DNA from: Deltaproteobacteria bacterium
GTDB lineage: Bacteria > Myxococcota_A > Polyangia > Polyangiales > Houyiibacteriaceae
Length of the DNA stretch: 64,000 bases
Assembly (NCBI GenBank): GCA_034670305.1
Contig: JAXMNT010000014.1
Location: forward strand, 64,001 to 128,000
Reading direction: 5' to 3'
The position numbers and the translations under genes were made by a program. Positions 18,240 to 26,509 of this stretch are shown here, in pieces (positions within the stretch are counted from its first letter, which is position 1; every line of letters begins with the position of its first letter). The notes beneath the pieces were generated by a model. It was given only the letters and a program-made list of their open reading frames with translations. It ran no database searches and was not told the origin of the DNA.

Positions 18240-19283
18240 ATGGACCTCGCTGAAGTCGATCTCGCCCTCGAAGCCCTCGGAACGCCCCGTTCCTCCCCCG
18301 CGTACGAGGCCGGACTCGATCTCGAGGAAGTGGACGCGGCACTCGAAGCGCTCTCCGAAGGAGTCGGAGAAGTCCACGTACAAGGGCTTGGGGTGGCGCC
18401 AGTCGAGCGCCCCGCGTCGGAAGCGCCCGCCTCGGAAGCACCCGCCTCGGAACCGCCCGCGCCCCAAGCGGAAGCGGCTCTGGAAGCCGAAGGTCCGATC
18501 ACCCAGGAAGTCGGCACCGACGAACTCGCGGCCATGGAAGAGAGCGCGGCGCAGTCCAGCCCGCCCCCGCCCGCCGCGAAGCTCTCCGCGAGCACCCTCG
18601 AAGACATGTTCCAGGGCATGGACCTGGACGACGAGGACGACTCCCTGATGGTCGCGCCGCCGCCCAAACTCGGACTCAACGAGGACTCGCTGTTCGGCGA
18701 TCTCGACGGCGCCTCCGTCGCGCCTCTCGTCCTCGACGACGAGCCAGCAGCGGAGGAACCGGCCGCCGCCGACGGGTTCGAGGAGTTCGGGGAGTTTCAG
18801 GAAGAAGAACACACCGCGCTCTTCAGCGCGGCGGATGTGCAGGCGATTCGGCGTTCTTCGGCGCCGCCCCCGCAAACCGCGAAACCCTCCGTTCCCCCGC
18901 CCGTGCCCGGCGGCGAGAAGGCCGTTCAGGCGGCGCTCGACGACATGGTGATCGGCGACGCATCCGAGGACGAAGAGTTCGAGCTGTTGATCGACGACTT
19001 GGTCGAAGAGGTCGAGGAAGACGAAGACGAAGGCGAAGGCGAGGACGCGACCTTCGTGGGCACGATGGAGGACTTCGAAGGAGGCTTCGAGGACTTCGAC
19101 GACATGACGCAGCTCGAATCGCCCCTCGCGGCCGAAGCCGCCGCGCCGGTCGAAGGCGCGCCCGAGGGCCAAGGCGCCGCCGAAGCCGCCGAAGCCGCCG
19201 ACGGCGAAGCCGCCGAAGGCGAAGAAGGCGAAGACGGCGACGGCTCCGGCCGCAAGAGCTTCTTCAAGAAACTCTTCGGCTGA
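18240..19283 (+). CDS. Very acidic low-complexity protein with C-terminal amphipathic helix
   Basis: E/D/A/P-rich throughout; ends RKSFFKKLFG. Confidence 0.7.
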   Translation: MDLAEVDLALEALGTPRSSPAYEAGLDLEEVDAALEALSEGVGEVHVQGLGVAPVERPASEAPASEAPASEPPAPQAEAALEAEGPITQEVGTDELAAMEESAAQSSPPPPAAKLSASTLEDMFQGMDLDDEDDSLMVAPPPKLGLNEDSLFGDLDGASVAPLVLDDEPAAEEPAAADGFEEFGEFQEEEHTALFSAADVQAIRRSSAPPPQTAKPSVPPPVPGGEKAVQAALDDMVIGDASEDEEFELLIDDLVEEVEEDEDEGEGEDATFVGTMEDFEGGFEDFDDMTQLESPLAAEAAAPVEGAPEGQGAAEAAEAADGEAAEGEEGEDGDGSGRKSFFKKLFG

Positions 19284-19664
19284 CTTATTGCCGCCTACGG
19301 GCCTGGCTCGCTTCGCGAGACTGGCGGCCCTAATTCGCGCCCGTCGCCGCCTGCACGTGCTCGCCGCCACTGCACTTGATGGAATGAAGAAGCATCTGGG
19401 GCGATTGGCGGCTGCGCGCGTCCAGGCGCTCCTATCGGCGCTCTCGGGGCTCGATTGGGGAGTGCACCAGTTGCTCGGCCTGCGGCCTGCGCAGGTGCAC
19501 GTGTGGGCGACAATATTCTTGGGGGCACGGCCCCCAAACCCCGTCCCGGTGACACGGCTTGCTCGCTTCGCTCGGCTTCGCCGCGTCGAATACTTATTGC
19601 CGCTACGGGCCTGGCTCGCTTCGCGAGACTGGCGGCCCTAATTCGCGCCCGTCGCCGCCTGCAC
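19284..19664 (+). repeat. Modular REP/BIME-like mosaic (modules A-B-C-D-A)
   Basis: Direct repeat CTACGGGCCTGGCTCGCTTCGCGAGACTGGCGGCCCTAATTCGCGCCCGTCGCCGCCTGCAC at 19295 and 19603; internal modules shared with 63423-63852. Confidence 0.9.
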
Positions 19665-19666
19665 TT

Positions 19667-20758
19667 TCAGCCGCCGACGGCGCAGCCGACGTCGATGTCG
19701 ACGCGGCCTTCGACGGCTTCGATCTCGGCGCAGGTGTCTGGGCAGAGCACGATCCGTTCGCTGCCCTCGAAGTACCACCAGCCGTCGCCACACGCGTCTT
19801 CGGTGGGCTGCCGGTCGACGAAGGTCGGGGTCGGATCGTCGCCCGAGGTGTACGAGATCCGGAACATGCGTTCGTCGTAGACGATGCCCGAGGGGGGCGG
19901 CTGCGGCAGCGTGTAGCCGCACCGGATCGGAATCCGGACCGCGATGCGCTCGGAGAGCAACTCGAAGAGCTCGGACCAGTCTTCGTTGCAGATCGAGAGC
20001 TTGATGCCGCCGGTCTCGTCCGAGAGCGCGTAGTATTCGTGGCCCGGTCGGCTCGCGGCGCTGGTAGGCGTGGAGCAGGCGCCGGTGGGGTTCTCGATCG
20101 TGGGCGTCACGCGCTCGGAGGCGACCGAGTGGAACGTGTAGGGTTTGCCGAGCATCTCGCTCATCTCGGCGTGAAAGTCCTCCCAGGGGAGGGCCCGGCT
20201 GTCGTCGTCGGTGACGGCCACGAAGTGCGTGATGGCGTCTTCGCGGAGGTACCGCTCGTACCGGCTGAAGTTCGAGAGCAGCTTGAGCAGCAGGTCCCAG
20301 GAGTTCACCCGGTCGTTGATCTCGTAGTAGCGGCGCGCGAACTCGATCGGTGCGCCGGGTGCGAACCCACTCTGGCTGACGAAGATCACCCGCGCGTCGA
20401 CGTTCGCGTCCAGGAGCGCGTCCCAGAACACGTTCACGTTCGAGCGCATGCGCTCGACGTCGTCGATCATGCTGCCCGAGTTGTCGATGACCCAGATGAT
20501 GTCCACCGGGATGCTGGCTTCGCGGCCGGCCACACTGACCGGATCGGGGCACATCGGAATGAAGGTGTCGGGGTCTACGAACGCGTCGGTGCCGGCGTCG
20601 ATCGACAGTGGCGCATCCACGCCCGCGTCCAGGCTCCGTGCATCCATTCCACCGGCGTCCGGAAGCTCGACTTCATCCGGCAACGGCAATCCCGTCCGCG
20701 CGCCGCAGGCGACGACCAACAAGAAGCAGGGACCGAACGAGGAGAGGAGGGGTTTCAT
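19667..20758 (-). CDS. vWA-domain lipoprotein
   Basis: Lipobox VVAC; MIDAS DNSGSM; VTDD; C-terminal LCPDTC. Confidence 0.85.
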   Translation of the reverse strand: MKPLLSSFGPCFLLVVACGARTGLPLPDEVELPDAGGMDARSLDAGVDAPLSIDAGTDAFVDPDTFIPMCPDPVSVAGREASIPVDIIWVIDNSGSMIDDVERMRSNVNVFWDALLDANVDARVIFVSQSGFAPGAPIEFARRYYEINDRVNSWDLLLKLLSNFSRYERYLREDAITHFVAVTDDDSRALPWEDFHAEMSEMLGKPYTFHSVASERVTPTIENPTGACSTPTSAASRPGHEYYALSDETGGIKLSICNEDWSELFELLSERIAVRIPIRCGYTLPQPPPSGIVYDERMFRISYTSGDDPTPTFVDRQPTEDACGDGWWYFEGSERIVLCPDTCAEIEAVEGRVDIDVGCAVGG

Positions 20759-20854
20759 GGATGGTGACCGGCGCCTACGGGGGCGGGCCTTCACGACGCG
20801 TTCAACAGGCGCTACGGGCAACAGGCCCAGAGGCTCAACAGGCTCAACACGGAC

Positions 20855-20870
20855 AGCAAGAGCGATGCCA
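20855..20870 (-). promoter_or_regulatory. Putative sigma-54 (-24/-12) promoter for the vWA lipoprotein gene
   Basis: Minus strand TGGCATCGCTCTTGCT, about 100 bp upstream of the ATG. Confidence 0.65.
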
Positions 20871-20940
20871 GCACTTTGACTCGGGTTTTGGCCTCCCGCC
20901 ATCGGCGACTTGCCACCCGCGTGCAATTGCTGACGCATCC

Positions 20941-21531
20941 TTAGGCGCGCTCGAGTTCGTAGAGGATGGCGCCGCCGTTGCGGGGCACGAAGAGCCCGCC
21001 CCCACAAGAGACGAAGTGGGGGTCGAGCCGCTCGCGGTACCAGGTCCCTTCGCGGAGAAACACGTCGCCGTCGGTCACCGTCTGCGAAACCGATTGTTCC
21101 CAGTCCAATCGGGTCAGCGCTTCGAGGTAGAGCGCGCCACCGGTCAACGTCGCCAAGTTGTGGATGGCTTGGTCGCAGGTGTTGTCGTCCAGGTATTGGA
21201 GCACGCCCTGACAGATCACGAAGTCGGCCTGATGTGGCTGCTGGTAGGTCGCGACCGAGCCCTGGATCCAGCCCAGCCGCTCGCAGACGTACGGGCTGAT
21301 CTCGACCCCGGTGTAGGAGCAGCCGGCGAAGTGCCTCTGGACCACGTCCCGCCAGAGCCCGATGCCACACCCGAGGTCCAACACCGACTCCACCTCGACG
21401 TCGAGGTAGTGCACGTAGTGGCAGACGAAGTCGCTCAGAACGCGGAGCGACTCCGCATCGGCGACCGCCGTGTCGGGATCGAAGTAGTGGCGCTCGTAGT
21501 ACGCCTCGTCGAACCGGTCCGGGTCGCCCAT
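20941..21531 (-). CDS. Class I SAM-dependent methyltransferase
   Basis: VLDLGCGIG, GVEIS, DFVICQGVLQY. Confidence 0.9.
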   Translation of the reverse strand: MGDPDRFDEAYYERHYFDPDTAVADAESLRVLSDFVCHYVHYLDVEVESVLDLGCGIGLWRDVVQRHFAGCSYTGVEISPYVCERLGWIQGSVATYQQPHQADFVICQGVLQYLDDNTCDQAIHNLATLTGGALYLEALTRLDWEQSVSQTVTDGDVFLREGTWYRERLDPHFVSCGGGLFVPRNGGAILYELERA

Positions 21532-21596
21532 CGCGACCCCCTATGACACGGAACGAGCGCGGTTTGAAGGACTCACCGTGGTCGGAACCCCAACGC

Positions 21597-21627
21597 AAAA
21601 CGCCGCGTCCCGTAGGAACGCGGCGTT
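21597..21627 (-). terminator. Intrinsic terminator
   Basis: AACGCCGCGT...ACGCGGCGTT stem followed by a T-run on the minus strand, just downstream of the 21646 stop. Confidence 0.7.
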
Positions 21628-21645
21628 CGGCGAGGTCGCCTCCAC

Positions 21646-22518
21646 TCAGAAGTAGAAGTGGGCTCCGAGGGTGGCGCGGGCGCCGGCGCTGGTGTCGGTC
21701 GAGCGGTTGTTCGCCGGGTCGTAGAACTCGGGGCGGGGGTCGTCGTCGCGGTCTTCGCCGACGCGGGTCCGGATGAAGCCGCGGATGTCGGCGCTCAGGG
21801 CGAAGCGGGGCTTGATGCGCCACTCGACGCCGACACCGATCTGGCCACCGAAGTAGCTGAAGTCACGCTCCATGAACGTGCCGTAGCCGTCGTGAAAACC
21901 CTCGGTCTGCGCGAACGACATGCCGAAGCCCGCCAAGAGGTACGCCTGGAACCGGGAGGCGCGGGGCAGGAAGAACATGAAGTCGAGCGTGATCGGCACC
22001 TCGGTGCGGTCCATGTTGTTGTAGTCGGTGCCTGCGTACATGCCGGCGGCGAGCTCCATCGCGAACATGCGGGAGGGACGCAGCCGGAAGCCGACCTGCG
22101 CGCCGCCCATGCGGACGTTGTCGCCGACCATCGCGCCGACTCGGCCGGTGACGCCGAACTTGCGGTTCTGCCAGACCGGCCGCAGGCGGTACTGCCGCTG
22201 CTCCTGCTCGACGACCACCACCGTCTGGGTCTGCTGGGGGGGCTGCTGTTGGACGTAGACCTGTTGGGGCGGCGGGGCTTGTGGCGCCGGCTGCACGACC
22301 ACGACCCGACCGCGGTGGCGGCGTTGCCGCTGGACGTAGACCGTCTGGGGCGGGGGCGGCGGCGGAGGCGGGGCGGCCTCCGTTTCCACCGAGACGCTGC
22401 CCGAGACTTCGATCTCGGCGCAGAAAATCGCGTTGTCGTCGCATTGGGCCTCCGCGGGAGTCGCCCAAGACAGGGCGATCGCGGGGACGAGGAGGGACAG
22501 CAGGGCAACTCGGTTCAT
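21646..22518 (-). CDS. Outer-membrane beta-barrel protein with Pro/Gln-rich linker
   Basis: Signal peptide; PPPPPPPP/QQQ linker; about 8 amphipathic strands; C-terminal AHFYF. Confidence 0.85.
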   Translation of the reverse strand: MNRVALLSLLVPAIALSWATPAEAQCDDNAIFCAEIEVSGSVSVETEAAPPPPPPPPQTVYVQRQRRHRGRVVVVQPAPQAPPPQQVYVQQQPPQQTQTVVVVEQEQRQYRLRPVWQNRKFGVTGRVGAMVGDNVRMGGAQVGFRLRPSRMFAMELAAGMYAGTDYNNMDRTEVPITLDFMFFLPRASRFQAYLLAGFGMSFAQTEGFHDGYGTFMERDFSYFGGQIGVGVEWRIKPRFALSADIRGFIRTRVGEDRDDDPRPEFYDPANNRSTDTSAGARATLGAHFYF

Positions 22519-22572
22519 GGGTGTATCTCAGAAGAGTGGGAACGCGGTGGGCGTCGGTACGGGTGGTACTAG

Positions 22573-22588
22573 AGCAAGAGCAGTGCCA
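22573..22588 (-). promoter_or_regulatory. Sigma-54 (-24/-12) promoter
   Basis: Minus strand TGGCACTGCTCTTGCT fits TGGCAC-N5-TTGC, 55 bp upstream of the ATG at 22518. Confidence 0.75.
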
Positions 22589-22812
22589 ACCGGTCTTCCT
22601 TTGGTGACCCACGAGATCATTGAACAATTTCCCGGAACGGGTTCGATGGGCCGTGCACTACGGTCCACTTCGCCAAGCGGTCGTGAACGGTTCTTCACAA
22701 GTGGATCGCAGATGATTCGTCCGCGGTGCCTCGATCCCGCTGAACGAGAAACGCCGCGCGTGCAGGGCAGGCGCGGCGTCTCGGGTCGAGCCGAAGCTCG
22801 TTCGAACCAGGC

Positions 22813-24357
22813 TCAGAAGACGATCGGGTTCGCGCGGCGGCTGGCGGAGTCGCCTTCTTCGCCCTCTTCTTCGGCGTCCTCTTCTTCGTCGCGCGTCACG
22901 TGGACGTAGAAGGCCGAGGGGCGGAACTGGAGCCCGAGGCTGAAGGTCGAGAACTCGTTGAAGAACATCTTCTCGATCGAGCCATCGGAGTCCGGGTGAA
23001 TCGCCGTCGTGCTGTAGCCAAGCGACAGCGTCATGTACGGCGCGACGTCGTAGCCGACGCTCATGGAGTAGGACGTGGTCCAGTTCCAGTGGTTGTCGTT
23101 GTTCTCTTCGAGGCAGAGCTGCTCGCCGTTGGCGGTCACGACATCTCCACCCAAACATGCCTCGGCGAGGTCGTAGTTGCGGGCCGGGAGCGCCACGAAG
23201 CTGAGGTTGATCTGCCAGCCATCGGCGGGGATCAGGGTCCCGAAAATCGCCAGCGTCAGGGTGTGCTTGTTGGCGAGGGCGTCGCCCGCGTCCGGGTTGC
23301 ACTGCCGGCCGAGTTCGGTCGCACCAGTCGAGTTCGCACCGCGGCAGTTGACGGGCGCGCCGTTTTCACCGTCCTCCCGAATCGTCGGGGTGTTGCTGCC
23401 GCCGGCCCACCCGAGGTAGCCGAGCTGGATGCCAGTGATGAAGCCGTTGAGCACCGGGTTGGCGCGCATGATGAGCATCGTCGCACCCATGCCCGCGTAG
23501 CGGTTCATCACCCGACTGAACTTGGAGCTCGGGACCCACAGGTTGAGCGAGGGGATGAGGAGGAGCCCGCCGGGCTTCCACGGGAGCTGGTAGGTGAGGT
23601 CGAAGCGGCTGTCGCCCCACTGCATTTCACGCCGGTTGTGCGTGATCTCGGACGCGGTGAGCTGAACGCTCAGGTCCTGGCGGAAGCCGAGGGAGAGCGC
23701 GGGGGTGAAGTTCCAGCGTGGGCGAATCGAGTACCACGTGCTGACGTTGGGGTTGTAGGTGAGCTGGCCTTCGGGCGTGAGGGTTCGAACCGTGAGGCTC
23801 GGGCTGAACGTGAAGGGTGCGGACCACGGGAGACCGGCGGTCGGGTTGGCGCTCGCGAGTCGACTCGAGGTGCTGAGTTCTTCTTCGCCGTCGCTCGCGG
23901 GTCCGCCACGGCGTCGACGCGGTGTGGGCGTCGCCGCTTCTTCGCCTTCGCCCTCGGCGGCGCGAAGGTCGTCCTCGACGCGGGTCTCGGCGACGCCGAG
24001 TTCGTCGGCGCTCTCGCCAGCCGGCGCGGTGACCGGAGCGGAGACCTCGGGTTCCGGTTCGGAGACTTCGGGCTCGGGATCGGCGGCCGCTTCGGCCTCC
24101 TCCTCGAGTTCTTCCTCGATCTCGCTCGGGACCGCCGGCGGTGCCTCTGCGGGGACGGTGGGCGCGCCGGGCGCACCGACGTTGTTGCCGGGATCGGCGC
24201 CTTCGTCCTGCGCGGACGCCTGCTGCGCCGTCGCCATCGAAAGCGTGGCGATGAGCACGCCAAGCAAAATGCGCAAAGATGCGTTTCTCAAGATCGACTC
24301 CACCGAAAATCCAAATCCCAACCCAAACCGAGGATGCGAGGGGCGTTTCTCCCACAT
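22813..24357 (-). CDS. Secreted, probable outer-membrane barrel protein with acidic N-terminal linker
   Basis: Signal ILLGVLIATLSMATAQQASA (true start possibly TTG ~24291); alternating beta strands with aromatic residues. Confidence 0.65.
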   Translation of the reverse strand: MWEKRPSHPRFGLGFGFSVESILRNASLRILLGVLIATLSMATAQQASAQDEGADPGNNVGAPGAPTVPAEAPPAVPSEIEEELEEEAEAAADPEPEVSEPEPEVSAPVTAPAGESADELGVAETRVEDDLRAAEGEGEEAATPTPRRRRGGPASDGEEELSTSSRLASANPTAGLPWSAPFTFSPSLTVRTLTPEGQLTYNPNVSTWYSIRPRWNFTPALSLGFRQDLSVQLTASEITHNRREMQWGDSRFDLTYQLPWKPGGLLLIPSLNLWVPSSKFSRVMNRYAGMGATMLIMRANPVLNGFITGIQLGYLGWAGGSNTPTIREDGENGAPVNCRGANSTGATELGRQCNPDAGDALANKHTLTLAIFGTLIPADGWQINLSFVALPARNYDLAEACLGGDVVTANGEQLCLEENNDNHWNWTTSYSMSVGYDVAPYMTLSLGYSTTAIHPDSDGSIEKMFFNEFSTFSLGLQFRPSAFYVHVTRDEEEDAEEEGEEGDSASRRANPIVF

Positions 24358-24642
24358 GCCCTAGGCTTGTCAACGCTCGCCCGTCACGTGACGCACGATC
24401 CGGTGGCCTGAGCAGGCCCCCAGGCGCTGTTACTCAAGATGCGTGCCTACCGCTTCGAAGGGGCCCGATCGCCCTGATCTCGGGGGTTTAGACCGTGGCC
24501 GGCTTGGGAAGACGGGGCCATTCAGGCGCCCCATCGCGGACTGAGATGGATCGCACGGTCCAACCGGAGAGAAAGCCGCGTGATTCCAGATATTTGGGGT
24601 TCGTGCGATCTTTGACGCCTCACCCGTTGGGGTCGGTACGCG

Positions 24643-25149
24643 TCAGCCGTTCGGGTCGGTCGGGTCGTCGAACTGGGGCAAGCCCTTGGTGGCTTCCTCG
24701 TAGTCGTCGAGGTGGGTCATGACGGTCGCCTCCTCGAGCACGACCGGTGCGAGGACCGAAGGCACGGCGGTCGCGTCGTCGAGGATGGCCGCCGGCGCGG
24801 GGACCATCGTGGCGTCGTCGTCTTGGTACGCGGGGATCGCAGCGGGCGGCGGAACGGGGGCCACCGGTGGAACGGGTGCTGGGGGCGTGGGGTCTGGATG
24901 TGCCGTTGCTGCCCCGCCCTGCTCCGGGTGAAACCCGTGGTGCTCCGGTTCGATCGGCGGCTCCTCCTGGCGACGGATCAAGACCCGCACCCCGAGTTGC
25001 CACGTGAGGCCGATCGCCAGGAACCCCAAACCGAACCGTTCCCCGATCGGCGAGTACCGAATGCCGTACGCGTAGGTCAGGAAAAAGATGCCGATCCCGA
25101 TGAACCACAACGGCCACACCGCCGCGTACTTGTCGTGCTCCGAGGCCAC
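24643..25149 (-). CDS. Hypothetical membrane protein (2 TM plus Pro-rich tail)
   Basis: GTG start estimated; WPLWFIGIGIFF, FGLGFLAIGLTW; DDAT repeats in the tail. Confidence 0.6.
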   Translation of the reverse strand: MASEHDKYAAVWPLWFIGIGIFFLTYAYGIRYSPIGERFGLGFLAIGLTWQLGVRVLIRRQEEPPIEPEHHGFHPEQGGAATAHPDPTPPAPVPPVAPVPPPAAIPAYQDDDATMVPAPAAILDDATAVPSVLAPVVLEEATVMTHLDDYEEATKGLPQFDDPTDPNG

Positions 25150-25225
25150 TGCGCGGGAGCATAGCGTGTCGTCCGCACTTCCGGCCCAGCGGTTGACGTA
25201 TCCTGGCTCCGTGACCGCGCCCGCC

Positions 25226-25867
25226 ATGAAGAAGTTGGACTTTGTCCGCCGCCCTCCCGAAGAGATGCGCAAACGCGCCGCCGGGTTCCACACCGATCTG
25301 GTTCGCCGCCGTTCGGTCCGACACTTCTCTACGGAGCCGGTGCCGCTCGACGTGCTCGAGCGCTGCATCGAAACCGCCGGGCAGGCCCCGAGCGGCGCCA
25401 ACAAACAGCCGTGGCGTTTCGTGCTGGTGACCGACCCGGCGGTGAAGACGAAGATCCGGGAAGCGGCGGAGAAAGAAGAGCGCGAGTTCTATGGAGGGCG
25501 CGCGCCGGACAAGTGGATCGACGACCTGCGGGCGCTCGACACCGGACCGGACAAACCGTTTCTCGAGGAGGCGCCCGCGCTGATCGTCGTACTGGCCCAG
25601 CGCCATGGCGAGACCCGCGAAGAGCGGCACTACTACGTGAACGAATCGGTCGGCATCGCGACCGGCTTCTTGTTGGCCGCGCTTCACCACGCCGGCCTCG
25701 CGACCCTCACCCACACGCCGAGCCCGATGGGGTTTTTGGCCGAGGTGCTGGAACGTCCCGACCGCGAGCGCCCCTACTTGTTGATCCCGGTTGGGTACGC
25801 GCACCCGGAGTGCGAGGTGCCGGACATCTCCCGCAAGCCGCTCGAAGAAATTCTGGTTCGCCGCTGA
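25226..25867 (+). CDS. Iodotyrosine deiodinase-like flavoprotein (nitroreductase superfamily)
   Basis: RRRSVR, APSGANKQPW, IREAAEKEEREFY lid, KPFLEEAP, YYVNES, LTHTPSPMGFL. Confidence 0.85.
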   Translation: MKKLDFVRRPPEEMRKRAAGFHTDLVRRRSVRHFSTEPVPLDVLERCIETAGQAPSGANKQPWRFVLVTDPAVKTKIREAAEKEEREFYGGRAPDKWIDDLRALDTGPDKPFLEEAPALIVVLAQRHGETREERHYYVNESVGIATGFLLAALHHAGLATLTHTPSPMGFLAEVLERPDRERPYLLIPVGYAHPECEVPDISRKPLEEILVRR

Positions 25868-26505
25868 CCCACGCACGGCACGTTCTGGTGGTTGACGACG
25901 ACCCCGACATTCGGGAGCTGATCGCGCTCACGCTCGCGGAGCTCTACGGCTGCACGGTCACGGTGTCGCAGAGCGGAGACGACGCCCTGACGCGGCTTCG
26001 TTCAGGCGCCGTCCGGCCGGACCTGATCCTGCTCGATCTGCAGATGCCGGGCATGGGCGGGGCGGAGGTGCTGCGGGAACTGAAGTCGCGCGGCGCGAGC
26101 CGGCACATCCCGGTCGTGCTGTTGACTGGGAGCCAGGACCCACACGGTCTGCGGGTTGCACGCACCCTTCTCAAACCGATCGACATCGAGCAACTCGGGG
26201 AGCTGCTCGAGTCGGTGGCGGCCGCCAAACCCCCGAGCCTCGACGACAAGGTCTCTGCGATCCGGGCGCGGTTCCTTCGTGGCGCTCGGGAAACTGTGGC
26301 GGGCTGGGCAGAGCGCTCCGAGGAAGACATCCGGGCGGACGCCCACCGGCTCGCGGGCACCGCCGGACAGCTCGACCTGCAAGAGATGGCCGATCTGTTT
26401 CAGGCGATCGAACGCGACGTGGGGACCCGTTCGGTGGCGGCGGAGATCGAGGCGCTCCGAACGCAGCTGTCGGACGACGCCCCGATCGAACCCTCACCGT
26501 TCTGA
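25864..26505 (+). CDS. Response regulator receiver plus Hpt domain
   Basis: VLVVDDD, ILLDLQMP, LTG, KP; C-terminal AHRLAGTAG. Start codon uncertain. Confidence 0.85.
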   Translation: MTHARHVLVVDDDPDIRELIALTLAELYGCTVTVSQSGDDALTRLRSGAVRPDLILLDLQMPGMGGAEVLRELKSRGASRHIPVVLLTGSQDPHGLRVARTLLKPIDIEQLGELLESVAAAKPPSLDDKVSAIRARFLRGARETVAGWAERSEEDIRADAHRLAGTAGQLDLQEMADLFQAIERDVGTRSVAAEIEALRTQLSDDAPIEPSPF

Positions 26506-26509
26506 CCGC

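Noticed and set aside
18018-19370. N-terminal 450-aa extension of the aldehyde dehydrogenase
   Set aside because: It is the antisense of the acidic plus-strand gene; ALDH similarity begins near MQTTQ at 18017.
19284-19664. CRISPR array (repeats with unique spacers)
   Set aside because: Units differ in sequence and length, only two direct copies are present, and no cas genes are nearby; it fits dispersed REP-like modules.
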